Counted from the first letter of the stretch, positions 46,033 to 56,750 are shown. The stretch: 64,000 nt of DNA from a virus (IMGVR_UViG_3300010352_000625:128001-192000), one strand, 5' to 3'. Translations and numbers: made by a program. Notes: generated by a model not told the origin, from the letters alone.

Positions 46033-48066
46033 TTATCTTTTTTCTATATTATTGACAAAATATTTGTAATAAACTTGTTTATTTTCTTCTAAATCATCAG
46101 TTAATTTAATCAATTCCAGATATTCATTAGATGTTTTGTCATATCTTGGTATCATTTCTTTTTTTATAAAATTTATAATATTACAAAAATATATTGCATG
46201 ATCACGTAAGTCACTAGAATACTTTACTTCATTATTCATTATATTATCCATATCCATCATTTTCTGTAATTTAGATATCATATCTTCATATTCCGCACCA
46301 ATAGAATCAAAATCTAACCCAATATCAGACATATTTTTTCTTATTTCTTGTTCTAATTTATTATGTTTCTGTAATGCATTATTATCATGATATTCTTCAG
46401 ATTTCCACCATAATTCATTTAATATTTTTAATTTATCAATAATATCTTTTATTTTTCCTTCTCTATCATCATTATCAATTATATTAGATTCTTCTAGTGC
46501 ATTGTTATTACTTAATAGTTTTTCGGCAACTTTGTCTAAAGCAGAATTAATTTCATCTACTGATAAATATTTTTTCCATTTATTATATAATCTCAATTTC
46601 AGTCCATCAGGAAGTAATTTAAATATTTTTAACCCACTACCATCAAAAGTTTTATTTTTATTGCCTTTATTCATGTATTTATAAAAATATTTTTCATCAA
46701 TTTTCTTTTTTTCATTATTAACTGCATTATATAATTCTTGAAAATCTACATCAGACATTTTCATATTATCATTATCAATTATATTAGATTCTTCTACTGC
46801 TATTTCTTTTTTGTTGGGGTTATATAATTTATCTGCTCCAGATTCTCTAACTATAACAGCATCACCAGACGGATTTATATGAATCATATAAGACATACTA
46901 TTACTTATTCCCTTGTAGCCGTGGTATTCAATACCATCAATAACTTCAGGAGTATTTAATCTCATAACTTCATCTAAATATATTCTATGTTTAAAATAAT
47001 CAACATAAGGTCTAGTTTCATCACTATCTGAATCTTCGACATATTCATATTCTATAGGTATATAATAATCTTCAATATCTTCTGGTACAGTATTACTTAC
47101 TATAGTACTTTCTTCTAGTACATTTCTGATAATTTCATCTAACAACGCACTCACGCCCTCACTATATGCGTTAATCTCCTCATCTATGGCGATTTCTTTT
47201 ATAGTTTGAAAAATAGAAGGAAATTCGTTGATTAAAATTTCATATGTTGTTGCTCCCAACATGTGTTTTTCTTTTTCCTCCTTTATCCGCATCTTTAAGG
47301 TTTTCTTTTGATCCCCTGCATAGTCCAATGCGAGGCTGTCGAGGTCTTGAACGCAATCTGTCCAGTCCCACGCCGAAAACGTGGTGATGCAGAGGTCAGT
47401 ACCGTTCCACGTGGATTCAGGTTCACTGTAATTTCCCACATATGTCCAAGTGTACAATTTTCCGCTTGGCTCAATCGCTAGTCCCTTGTGTACGTTCTGG
47501 TTAGTGCCTTCACACTCCCGATATAAGTCAACCATTTTTTCTTCTATTGCATCGCGGTTATCTTCCAAAACTTTTTTCCAGTTTGTTTCATCATCATTAT
47601 CAATTATATTAGATTCTTCCAATATATTGTCCATATCAGAAGGTTCTATTTCTATATTATCTTCAGGTTCAATTATTCCAGTAACTTTAAATTTTTTAAC
47701 TAATGCAAAAAATTCTCTAGTAAGCAAATTCCAATATAATTTATCAACTTGTTCATCTGAATACTTTGAAGATTCTTCACTACTCTGGTCAAACCAATAT
47801 TCTATTTTTGCTCTCATATCAAAATAAGAATAATCAAACTGTAAAGGCAGTCCTTTTAACCATTCTATAAATGCATTATATTCTCCAATTTGTCTAATCT
47901 TCCAACTAAATTGGTCTTTAAATTCAGCATAAACACAATTAAGTGCAGAAGCTGTATCAGTATAATTTTCTATCTCATATTCTTCTGCATATTGTTGTGC
48001 CGCTTCTATAATTTCTTTTCTGATTCTTTCTTTTACTTCTCTTTGCATTGATATTTTAATACCCAT
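46033..48066 (-). CDS. Modular acidic polyprotein with repeated EESNIIDND linkers
   Basis: (L/V)EESNIIDND three times plus LEESTIVSN; internal EPSDMD motif; C-terminal PRYD..S.EY domain. Confidence 0.75.
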   Translation of the reverse strand: MGIKISMQREVKERIRKEIIEAAQQYAEEYEIENYTDTASALNCVYAEFKDQFSWKIRQIGEYNAFIEWLKGLPLQFDYSYFDMRAKIEYWFDQSSEESSKYSDEQVDKLYWNLLTREFFALVKKFKVTGIIEPEDNIEIEPSDMDNILEESNIIDNDDETNWKKVLEDNRDAIEEKMVDLYRECEGTNQNVHKGLAIEPSGKLYTWTYVGNYSEPESTWNGTDLCITTFSAWDWTDCVQDLDSLALDYAGDQKKTLKMRIKEEKEKHMLGATTYEILINEFPSIFQTIKEIAIDEEINAYSEGVSALLDEIIRNVLEESTIVSNTVPEDIEDYYIPIEYEYVEDSDSDETRPYVDYFKHRIYLDEVMRLNTPEVIDGIEYHGYKGISNSMSYMIHINPSGDAVIVRESGADKLYNPNKKEIAVEESNIIDNDNMKMSDVDFQELYNAVNNEKKKIDEKYFYKYMNKGNKNKTFDGSGLKIFKLLPDGLKLRLYNKWKKYLSVDEINSALDKVAEKLLSNNNALEESNIIDNDDREGKIKDIIDKLKILNELWWKSEEYHDNNALQKHNKLEQEIRKNMSDIGLDFDSIGAEYEDMISKLQKMMDMDNIMNNEVKYSSDLRDHAIYFCNIINFIKKEMIPRYDKTSNEYLELIKLTDDLEENKQVYYKYFVNNIEKR

Positions 48067-48097
48067 ATTTTATTAACTCCTTTGAATATATTATAAT

Positions 48098-48442
48098 TTA
48101 ATAACCTTCTAAATTAATAACTTTATAAATTGCTTTACCTAAATTTACATAATTTTTTTCCCAATAATCGGTTATTTTACTTAACAATTCTGATGCTTCT
48201 TGTGTCTGTAAAATATAAGAATTATCAGTGTTAAAATCTATAGCAATAAATGGTGTACTCCAATTAATAGTAATTTCACCTACTATATTATTATCTTTAT
48301 CTTTATAAATATAGATTTCGTCTTTCCCTTGTTTTTTAATTTCATATTTTAATTTTGAATTTATATTTGACCCATCTACTAAAAAAGTATTCATATCCAT
48401 TGGTTTTATATTTCTATTCATTATATCAACTCCAATATTCAA
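48098..48442 (-). CDS. 'KPxD' motif family protein (start probably MNRNIKPMDM)
   Basis: GGAG precedes the internal ATG; NIKPMDMNTFL. Confidence 0.6.
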   Translation of the reverse strand: MNIGVDIMNRNIKPMDMNTFLVDGSNINSKLKYEIKKQGKDEIYIYKDKDNNIVGEITINWSTPFIAIDFNTDNSYILQTQEASELLSKITDYWEKNYVNLGKAIYKVINLEGY

Positions 48443-48492
48443 TTAGTTATTATAATCTCATATTAATTTGATTTTTTAATACTAATATTTAA

Positions 48493-48765
48493 TTAATCAT
48501 CAACAAAAACGTCAGCTAAATCAATATTCCCACCATATTTAATAAACTTCTTAAAAAAATCATTACTGAGTTCTTTATATTTTTCATAATTGTCAGATGA
48601 TATAATAGTCTGTTCATCATCTTTATCGAATTTAAGATACATCATAAATCTACCTGACACTTTATTTTCAATTATTTCTGCACCTGTTTTATGACTAAGT
48701 TTAGCTAAAGCTTTAATTTCATTATCGGAAATAACAATATCTTCAATATCCAACATATTAATCAC
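48493..48765 (-). CDS. Hypothetical protein
   Basis: 90-aa ORF. Confidence 0.55.
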   Translation of the reverse strand: MINMLDIEDIVISDNEIKALAKLSHKTGAEIIENKVSGRFMMYLKFDKDDEQTIISSDNYEKYKELSNDFFKKFIKYGGNIDLADVFVDD

Positions 48766-48804
48766 TCTTTTTCATATTGATTTATAACACTTCTTACAAC
48801 AACC

Positions 48805-49017
48805 TTATTTAAATATTTTATCGTAACAATCACCACATATACTAGAGATAAGAAGTTCCCTATCATCAGCTGAAAATTCTGGTAGAGCTTCTTGTATATT
48901 CATTTTACCAGCTTTCCATTGCACAAGTCTCTGATATTGTTCCTCAGTAAACTTAATTTTATGCATAACACCACATGATGCACATTTTATATTAATATAA
49001 TATTGCGACATTTTCAT
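48805..49017 (-). CDS. Small zinc-ribbon protein
   Basis: CASCG...IQEALP..SADDRELLIS.ICGDC. Confidence 0.7.
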   Translation of the reverse strand: MKMSQYYINIKCASCGVMHKIKFTEEQYQRLVQWKAGKMNIQEALPEFSADDRELLISSICGDCYDKIFK

Positions 49018-49100
49018 TTCCCCTTTTATTAACTTATTTAAAATAGTTGAGTTTAAATGAAATATATTTAATCAAATAAACTCAACTATTAATCAAAAAT

Positions 49101-50102
49101 CTAATTTACTGCAAATTCTACATCCATTACTTCATCATCTTCTGTTACTGTAAGCTTGTTCTTTTTCTTTAGGTCAGATACAAGGTCATCAATACTAGAT
49201 TCCCAGTAAAACTTTGTAGCAAACATCTTAGTAATGCCAGCACCCAAATCTATCTTCTTCGTGTCAGCGTTAATAGCTCTAGTAGGAGTATAATCATGAG
49301 TTATAGCTTCAGTGCAGGCATTGTAAAAACCCCACTTCGTATAATCAAAATTATTATCAAGTCTGTTAGCAATCATCTTACTAACTCTCTTAGGAATATA
49401 ATTCAACAAAAGTTCAACCCTATCTTCTGTTACGGATTGAGTTGTCCAATTTCTCCAATTAAGAGAGTAGCTACGAAAACCATTGATAAGTTGATGAGCA
49501 TTATGACTAAATTCATTAAGATTAAATTTACTACCAAAATGCTTATAAGACATTGACATAAACTGTCTAGTAGCAATCATTCCATTAGTACAAACAAGTC
49601 TAACAGCATCAATATAAAATCCTACTGCCTGACTTCCATCATAGCTATTTACTATACGTATCATAGGTGAAATTTCATCGCCGGGTCTTACTTCAACACT
49701 ATAATCTTTAATAGTATACAGACGTGTCATTAGGGAACCATCTTTTGAAAGTATAGTCTGAATATCAGTATTGTTAAAAGACATACCTTCTTCTATCTTC
49801 TGAACAATATCCCCATGCTTAATCACAGGATATGAACTGGAAACTGTAGCAAGATACACGGGTTTACCGGAATTATCTTCTCTGAACAATGCTTTCTTGT
49901 CTGGTATTTCAATGCCATCAAAAGAAAGTTTGCGTTCCATTACATCAAAATTTAGCTTTGACCTATCAGGACCTGACCAACTATCTGTTACAAACATACC
50001 ATACTTTGCTCTCCTTGCAATTTCTGTTCGATTATTTCTTACGCCACTATCATTAAATTTTACCGTCATTTTAATATCCCCCTTTAATTTTGTGTTGCTC
50101 AT
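49101..50102 (-). CDS. DUF932-family protein
   Basis: NSYDGS, RLVCTNGM, KH, TKWG.YNA.TE. Confidence 0.85.
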   Translation of the reverse strand: MSNTKLKGDIKMTVKFNDSGVRNNRTEIARRAKYGMFVTDSWSGPDRSKLNFDVMERKLSFDGIEIPDKKALFREDNSGKPVYLATVSSSYPVIKHGDIVQKIEEGMSFNNTDIQTILSKDGSLMTRLYTIKDYSVEVRPGDEISPMIRIVNSYDGSQAVGFYIDAVRLVCTNGMIATRQFMSMSYKHFGSKFNLNEFSHNAHQLINGFRSYSLNWRNWTTQSVTEDRVELLLNYIPKRVSKMIANRLDNNFDYTKWGFYNACTEAITHDYTPTRAINADTKKIDLGAGITKMFATKFYWESSIDDLVSDLKKKNKLTVTEDDEVMDVEFAVN

Positions 50103-50180
50103 TCAATAAATATATTATATCATTATTTAGAGATAAAAGCAAGTTGTCCTAAAGTATACAAATTTTATTTTGTTTAATAT

Positions 50181-50441
50181 TTAAAAAAATCTATCTGCTA
50201 TCTGTTGTTTATTGAAAACTTCACCAGTCATTTGGTAAATAAATTCTTTAATATGTCTTAGTGTTGTATTACTATAAAACTCATTAACTGTTATTTTTTC
50301 TTTTATTCTATCATATTTAGCAACAATTGTTGAATAACTCATAAGTTCAATTATATTATCATCGGTGTATATCAATTTAGCTTTTTCATAAAAACTCTTT
50401 CTTTTATCAAGTTGCGTATTCATATTTGATGTTATTATCAT
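50181..50441 (-). CDS. Hypothetical phage protein (start uncertain)
   Basis: KSFYEKA, LMSYSTIVA, YS.TTLRHIKEF. Confidence 0.6.
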   Translation of the reverse strand: MIITSNMNTQLDKRKSFYEKAKLIYTDDNIIELMSYSTIVAKYDRIKEKITVNEFYSNTTLRHIKEFIYQMTGEVFNKQQIADRFF

Positions 50442-50466
50442 TATCTTATTCTTCTTTGATTTATAA

Positions 50467-50988
50467 TTATTCAGAATAATATAGCACGCCGTTTGATACT
50501 TCGTAATAGTTACCATCTAACATCATATCTCTACCCATATTATCAAAATCTATATAATACTTAATTGAATCAGGAATATCAAAACATTCATCTACATATT
50601 CTTTGGCAACTTGTGCCATAGACATACCTGAATAAAGAGTCCATTTATCAACTGTATTATCATTAATCATTTCAATAATATCATTAACACTGTTTATAGT
50701 GTAATAATCTGATTCAAGTATAGAATCTAATACTTCCTGCTTATAGCCATCCATAAAATTATAAGCATCCTGTAATTCTACATAATCTTCTATTGTATCA
50801 TCTTCATCAAAAAAATCTACTTCTATTGTATCAAAATCAGCTCTTAAAATAGTATAATTAACATCTTCTATATCTTCTTCAGTGATACCAATTTCATTTA
50901 GTTTAATATAATCTTCTCGATAAAGGTCAACACTTACCCAACACTGCTCATCATTAGTGTTATTTTTAATCAAAACTTGAATTTCCAT
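50467..50988 (-). CDS. ardA: ArdA-like anti-restriction (DNA mimic) protein
   Basis: Very acidic; C-terminal M..VA.EYVDE..DIP..I.YYIDF...GRD...G.Y. Confidence 0.75.
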   Translation of the reverse strand: MEIQVLIKNNTNDEQCWVSVDLYREDYIKLNEIGITEEDIEDVNYTILRADFDTIEVDFFDEDDTIEDYVELQDAYNFMDGYKQEVLDSILESDYYTINSVNDIIEMINDNTVDKWTLYSGMSMAQVAKEYVDECFDIPDSIKYYIDFDNMGRDMMLDGNYYEVSNGVLYYSE

Positions 50989-51012
50989 TATTTTAATCTC
51001 CTTTAAATTGTT

Positions 51013-51288
51013 TTAAATAAATGGCATATAAATTTCATCTTTGAACTCATCGACAATCTTTTTTGCAAGTTTACAGGTCTGTTCGTTTCTCAGGTCATAC
51101 CAACCTTTATCGTACATTTCAGCCCAAAGCTTCATACACTCCATCATTACTGCCATAGAACTCTGCTGAAGTGTTCTATGTGTATTATAACAGATCTTTT
51201 CAGCAAATTCCTTGTGTCTACTAGTATCAAAACTATTTACAAAATCTGAAAAAGTATTTGCCATTTCTTCGCCTGTCATTTTAGCCAT
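51013..51288 (-). CDS. Hypothetical phage protein
   Basis: HRTLQQS, YDLRNE motifs; promoter and RBS. Confidence 0.65.
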   Translation of the reverse strand: MAKMTGEEMANTFSDFVNSFDTSRHKEFAEKICYNTHRTLQQSSMAVMMECMKLWAEMYDKGWYDLRNEQTCKLAKKIVDEFKDEIYMPFI

Positions 51289-51744
51289 TTTGTTTTTTAT
51301 CTCCTTCAGTTGTAATCAGTATTGTTATCTCTCTCAATCAATAAATATATTATATCACATTTTAGAGATAAACACAAGTCTTTTTATTTGTAACAATATT
51401 AATAAATATATACATAAAGTTTATATTTATTTAATTGGTTTTCTAGCTTTTCTATTTTGTGTATGATAATAATTTCTATAATAACTAATACTACGAAGAT
51501 TGAATATCACCAAAAAAAAAACAGTTATTAACATGCATATAATTATAATAAACATTTATTCACCAAATTTCTCAATACATTCAGGAAGTCTCTGATAAGC
51601 ATGTATGTAACGATTAAACAAAGTACATATATAATCCAAATGTTCTAGTTCAAAATAATGACAATTAGTACATTTTTTACCACAAGGAATTTTAACTTTA
51701 ACATATATAAATTTATCAGACATTAAAAAATCACACTTTTTTAC

Positions 51745-53140
51745 TAAAATAGACAGAAAGATTACTGCCTTTAGGTGGTAATATGAATGTCTATAAATTT
51801 TAACTTCATATAAGTTAAAAATATATAAACAAAATGTAATTTAATAATAAAGAAGGTGAATCTATTTTGACTGCAAGTACTGTTTCTAAAAATCAAAATA
51901 TTAAAAAAACTATGAAAGAAACTATGACTAGAAGAACTAGCCAGTCTTGTGGTGTTTATAAAGTCAAAATAGACGAATCTAGACTTTCTAAAAAACAAAA
52001 AGAGCAAATTAAAATGATATTTGTTGAAGCAAAATGGTTTTATAATAATATTTTAAGTTGGTCTGAAAATCACGATATTAATGATTTTGATACTAAAACT
52101 AAATTTGTTAATATTTTAAATAAAAATAAAGAAATTGAAACTAGAGAATTAAAAAATATTGGTTCTCAAATGAAACAAGCAATACATACTGGCGTTATAT
52201 CTGCTATTAAAACTTTGTCAACTTTAAAGAAAAAGGGGCATAAAGTTGGAAAACTTAAATATTTGTCGGATTATAAATCTATTAATTTAAAACAGTTTGG
52301 AACTACATATCAAATACTTAATACTAAATATATGAAGATTCAAAACATATCTGGTAAAGTCAAAGTCAACGGTTTGGATCAATTTATTAATGACCCTGAT
52401 ATTGAATTTGCTAATGCTAAGATTCTAAATACTCCGTCTGGATATTATGTTGCAATAACTACTTATCGATATAATGACGATTTGGCACTTAAATCATATT
52501 TAGGTTCTGAAATTGGTATTGATATGGGAATCAAAGATTCAATCATTCTTTCTAATGGTGAAAAATTTAAAGCATCTATTGAAGAAACTGAACATTTAAA
52601 ATGTTTGCAAAGAAAACTAGCGAGACAGAAAAAAGGTTCTAACAATAGAAGAAAAACTATTTTCAAGATTCAGAAAGAATATCAAAAAATATCAAATCGA
52701 AAAAATGATATTTCAAATAAAATCACAAGTCATATTTTATCATATGAGCATATCTATATGCAAGACGAGATGATATCTGGTTGGCATAAAGGATTATTTG
52801 GAAAACAGGTTCAACATTCTATTTTAGGCCGAGTAAAAGCTAAATTAATAAATCATTCTAGAGTTGAAGTGTTAGATCGTTCAGTTCCAACAACTAAATA
52901 TTGTCCTTGTTGTGGCAACATCAATAAAAATATCACCTTGGCTGACAGAACTTATATTTGCCCAACATGCGGTTATCAAGAAGACCGAGATATTCATTCT
53001 GCTAAAAATATGATATTGATGACTAAAATAATTAAAAATCAAATACCTAGGGAACCTAGGGAATTCAAGCCTGTGGAGACTATGAACCTTGTAGCCGTTG
53101 AAGCAGGAAGATTACAGTCTTTAGACTGTAATTAGTTCAC
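51745..53140 (+). mobile_element. IS200/IS605-family element carrying tnpB only
   Basis: Inserted after TTAC; subterminal hairpins ATTACTGCCTTTAGGTGGTAAT (left) and ATTACAGTCTTTAGACTGTAAT (right); ends TTCAC; no tnpA. Confidence 0.9.
51867..53135 (+). CDS. tnpB: RNA-guided endonuclease TnpB
   Basis: RuvC-I IGIDMGIK, RuvC-II QDE, zinc finger CPCCG/CPTCG, RuvC-III DRDIHSAKN. Confidence 0.92.
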   Translation: MTASTVSKNQNIKKTMKETMTRRTSQSCGVYKVKIDESRLSKKQKEQIKMIFVEAKWFYNNILSWSENHDINDFDTKTKFVNILNKNKEIETRELKNIGSQMKQAIHTGVISAIKTLSTLKKKGHKVGKLKYLSDYKSINLKQFGTTYQILNTKYMKIQNISGKVKVNGLDQFINDPDIEFANAKILNTPSGYYVAITTYRYNDDLALKSYLGSEIGIDMGIKDSIILSNGEKFKASIEETEHLKCLQRKLARQKKGSNNRRKTIFKIQKEYQKISNRKNDISNKITSHILSYEHIYMQDEMISGWHKGLFGKQVQHSILGRVKAKLINHSRVEVLDRSVPTTKYCPCCGNINKNITLADRTYICPTCGYQEDRDIHSAKNMILMTKIIKNQIPREPREFKPVETMNLVAVEAGRLQSLDCN

Positions 53141-53157
53141 TTATTATATTTTAATTA

Positions 53158-53532
53158 TTAATGCTCACTCGGAAGAAGTATTACACCATTTTCTACCCAA
53201 AGTGTTATACCTTCTTCAAGAGGAAAATCAGTATAATAAATTTTCTGTGATACTAATTTGTTATCATTACCATCTGTACAAATAACTTTGGCACCGTTTC
53301 CATTTTTATTCATTTTTAATGACCACACCTGAAAATTTTGGTTTCTAAATTTTTTCTCACATTGATATGAAACAATAATATCAACTAACCAATTTGCTTC
53401 ACATAAACTAACCATCATTTTAACTCCATCAGTGCATACCATACCAAACCATCCCAAAGAATAATAATGTTCAGTACCAGTCATACATCTAAGATTTGTT
53501 CTAATTTCATCAGCAGTATAAGTTTTAAGCAT
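53158..53532 (-). CDS. Conserved MGE protein (DUF6876-like)
   Basis: TGTEHYY, TDGV, WL.D.I.S.Q, FQVW, DGN, YTDFP, LLPSEH. Confidence 0.7.
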   Translation of the reverse strand: MLKTYTADEIRTNLRCMTGTEHYYSLGWFGMVCTDGVKMMVSLCEANWLVDIIVSYQCEKKFRNQNFQVWSLKMNKNGNGAKVICTDGNDNKLVSQKIYYTDFPLEEGITLWVENGVILLPSEH

Positions 53533-53696
53533 TGTAATTCCCCCTAATTTTTATGTTGTGTATTATGTTTCACTCACTATATATATTATATCACAACTTA
53601 GAGATAAATACAAGTCTTTTATTTGTAACAATAAAAAAAAGATGTAAACTCTATGTTTACATCTTTTTGCTGAATTATCAGTATCATTTGTCCCAC

Positions 53697-54800
53697 TTAT
53701 TCATTTTTTAAAAGAAACTTATTAGATATTGATTTAAAACTTATTCTAACTTTATTATTTTCTGGTTTAGCAAGTCTCCAGACTATACCTTCACGTTCAA
53801 TATTACTGTTGTTGACTACACTCTTACCTTCAGCTAATTTAAGTATTTCATTAATATCATTAGGTAATATAAAATCTCTATAAATAATTGGTACAGATTT
53901 CAACCCAATTTCTTTAGTAATTCTTTCTACTTCATATTGACTATAATATTCTTGTGTATCAATATCAAAAATATCAAATATATATATATCTATACCTTTT
54001 ATCTTATATTTATTACCTTGAATACCTTCACCACATAATTCACCTTGTAGTGCTATGTTTTTGTTTTTAAAGTATTTTCTCATTTTACTTTCTATATCTT
54101 GTTCTTTAATTACTTGCCAGTATTTACCACCATCATCTTCATCAAGTTGGTTATTTCTTGAACAAACATAAAATTTATTATCTTTAAGAAATATTGTCTC
54201 AGAAGAACCATCTATTTTTTCAGTACCAACAACTTTCATACCAGCAATTTCGTTAATCAAATTTCTAAGATTCTGTACACGTTCTTCATCTGTCTTATAT
54301 ATAAAAACAGGGAAACCTTTTTTAATAATAGTATTAGTAAACAATATCTTAGCTAATTTGTTAAAATATCTAAACATAAAGCTAAGTACAACATCAGGTA
54401 TATATTTTTTAACCCATTTCTTATTGGTAATTACTTTTCTCTTAGCATTATTATCTTCATCTGGTTCATATTTAGTTATACCAATGATTTCAGTAACATC
54501 ATCATCAATATTATAATTACCTTTAGGAAGATAACTAATCGGCAATACCAGTCCCTGACTTATTTGACCACGTAGCTTAATTGTTCTAACTCTATATTTT
54601 CTATCTTTAAGAAATTCAAACTCTGGTGCAGGTGGTAAAATACTATCTATTTCACAATAGATAATCTTATCCCCAGCTTTAAAATTATCTTTCTTAGCTA
54701 CAACACATTGCCAACCATTAATAATAGCTAATTCTATTGCATCAGCATTTTCAATTGGTTTAATTTCTAATATTTCTTGTATACTTGCTAGTTTTCTCAT
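53697..54800 (-). CDS. ATP-dependent RNA ligase, DRB0094/Rnl2-like family
   Basis: MRKLASI, LRGQISQGL, KTDEER, TEKIDGSS, QGELCG.GIQGN.Y, REGIV, SFK.ISN.FL. Confidence 0.92.
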   Translation of the reverse strand: MRKLASIQEILEIKPIENADAIELAIINGWQCVVAKKDNFKAGDKIIYCEIDSILPPAPEFEFLKDRKYRVRTIKLRGQISQGLVLPISYLPKGNYNIDDDVTEIIGITKYEPDEDNNAKRKVITNKKWVKKYIPDVVLSFMFRYFNKLAKILFTNTIIKKGFPVFIYKTDEERVQNLRNLINEIAGMKVVGTEKIDGSSETIFLKDNKFYVCSRNNQLDEDDGGKYWQVIKEQDIESKMRKYFKNKNIALQGELCGEGIQGNKYKIKGIDIYIFDIFDIDTQEYYSQYEVERITKEIGLKSVPIIYRDFILPNDINEILKLAEGKSVVNNSNIEREGIVWRLAKPENNKVRISFKSISNKFLLKNE

Positions 54801-54931
54801 TTTTCATTTCTCCTAACTAACCACGAATTGATTTTATCATCTAATAGACAATATATTACTATAATCATAAAAATTAACATAGGCAACCAATAAGATGATA
54901 ATATTGTTTACACATCTTGACAATTCAATAT

Positions 54932-55561
54932 CTATACCTTTTTATTTGTTACCTTATTTACAGGTGCACGAAGCGTACATTTCCCCTTTTCATTTAAAAG
55001 ATTTTCCAAACAAACATATGTTTGTTTCATATCATTTTTGTTTTTGGGATAGATGTCAGTACTGTATCCATCATATTTTCTTTCATTCTGAATCAAATAC
55101 GATAACAATTGACCACAATAACCGGCATCTATCGTATAGTTTCTATAATTTTTCGCACAGTTGTTATTAAGGGCCACTTCTAATTCTTTTATAGTTTCAT
55201 CGTCGGTGTCAAAATAATAGCCTTCATCTGGCAAATCTGTAGGATCAATTTCTGCAAAATCTACCTCTTTATATTTCATTCCACTTTTTTCATCGGTGTA
55301 TTCAACAGAATACACCTTTTTATCTGTTTTAAATGCATCATACATGGGTATTTTACCCTTACACATATTAAGTATTGTTGTCGATTGAACGCATGAAACA
55401 ATTGTCCAATGTGCTTTCTTTCTAATTTCACTACACAGACATAAATATAAATTATTGCTATCATCGCAACAAACAAATACAATAGGTATATACTCAAATT
55501 CATCAATGGTGTATAAAAAATAAACTTTTTTATCCCCCAAACGAATAAATTCTTTTAGCAT
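54932..55561 (-). CDS. Hypothetical protein (DUF6575-like)
   Basis: Y.PI.FVC.D...NLYLC and LP.EG motifs; GGAGG RBS. Confidence 0.55.
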   Translation of the reverse strand: MLKEFIRLGDKKVYFLYTIDEFEYIPIVFVCCDDSNNLYLCLCSEIRKKAHWTIVSCVQSTTILNMCKGKIPMYDAFKTDKKVYSVEYTDEKSGMKYKEVDFAEIDPTDLPDEGYYFDTDDETIKELEVALNNNCAKNYRNYTIDAGYCGQLLSYLIQNERKYDGYSTDIYPKNKNDMKQTYVCLENLLNEKGKCTLRAPVNKVTNKKV

Positions 55562-55589
55562 GGTATTTCCTCCTCAATTTCCGTAAAAC

Positions 55590-55722
55590 TCATTTAATAT
55601 TTTTAATTTATCAATAATATCTTTTATTTTTCCTTCTCTATCATCATTATCAATTATATTAGATTCTTCTAGTGCATTGTTATTACTTAATAGTTTTTCG
55701 GCAACTTTGTCTAAAGCAGAAT
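55590..55722. repeat. 133-bp copy of 46415-46547
   Basis: Identical nucleotide block encoding SALDKVAEK...LEESNIIDNDD...KILNE. Confidence 0.92.
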
Positions 55723-55763
55723 GACATAAAGATATTAACTCGTGTATATTATTAGACATAATA

Positions 55764-56051
55764 TCACTTCTTTTTCTTATTGTTTTTCTTTTTTTCTTTT
55801 TTATTCTCTGTTTCCATATATCTCAAATATAGATTACCACTATTTATGTTATTAATAAAGTAAACGTTATTGTGTTCATCTGTAATATCAATATAGTTGA
55901 AATCATTCAAATCATATTCATTTTTATTGTGAAAATATTTTATAATTGCAATTAGTTCATTCTCTTTTATATAAACATAATCTTTAGAATTCTTTATAAA
56001 ATTAGATTCTACTTTATATTCTTTGTCATTTAGTTTAAAATTCAACTTCAT
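55764..56051 (-). CDS. Hypothetical protein
   Basis: 95-aa ORF. Confidence 0.55.
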   Translation of the reverse strand: MKLNFKLNDKEYKVESNFIKNSKDYVYIKENELIAIIKYFHNKNEYDLNDFNYIDITDEHNNVYFINNINSGNLYLRYMETENKKEKKKNNKKKK

Positions 56052-56056
56052 TATAG

Positions 56057-56653
56057 TTAAACCAAACTTTCCACTTTAAAATTTGAATTTTTACATTTAT
56101 TGCAGGTACATCTTGAAATAATATCAAGAGTTTTACATTTGCGATAAAAATAACTCTTAGTCCCACAGGTTTCACATGTAACTATATATTTGGGTGTCTT
56201 AGGAACTACTTCAGAATCTTCTACACTCTCATCAACTTTATAGTAAGTAGATATATTATATTTAGGATAATGTTTATTGATTAGCCCAGCATATCTCTTG
56301 AAGTTAGGACCATGATTATTACAGCCTGGGATTGTATGTATAAGTTCGTGAGCCATAGTCTTTTCTATTTCAGAATTATCTCCAACCAACTTTTTATTAA
56401 TAGCTACATAATTAATTTTAGAGACATTTCTATCAGCAAGAAACGTACTCATGGGATTAATAAAAGTGTAAGTAACTCCTCTTACTCTCTTAGATCTAGT
56501 CTTCAGTTCCCCAACTTTTGTAATATCTTTTATTGGGATAGGGACACCTATTTTAATAAGTTCTTTACTTACTGTATTAAATATCTCAGTAATTGAACTA
56601 TCCTTAATTATATTCTTTTCTATATTTTCTTTAGATTTTTTAACTTTAGCCAT
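56057..56653 (-). CDS. SprT-like zinc metalloprotease (start probably MAKVKK)
   Basis: MAHELIH, HG..FK, C-terminal CxxC...CxxC. Confidence 0.85.
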   Translation of the reverse strand: MAKVKKSKENIEKNIIKDSSITEIFNTVSKELIKIGVPIPIKDITKVGELKTRSKRVRGVTYTFINPMSTFLADRNVSKINYVAINKKLVGDNSEIEKTMAHELIHTIPGCNNHGPNFKRYAGLINKHYPKYNISTYYKVDESVEDSEVVPKTPKYIVTCETCGTKSYFYRKCKTLDIISRCTCNKCKNSNFKVESLV

Positions 56654-56750
56654 ATTTTTTACCCCCAAAAAATAATTTGTAATATCAACTAAATATATTA
56701 TATCACTATTTGGAGATAAAGTCAACAAAAATATTTATTATTTTTAAAAT

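Noticed and set aside
51745-53140. Cas12f/CRISPR effector or IStron
   Set aside because: No array and no group I intron core; the ends and hairpins are those of an IS200/IS605 tnpB element
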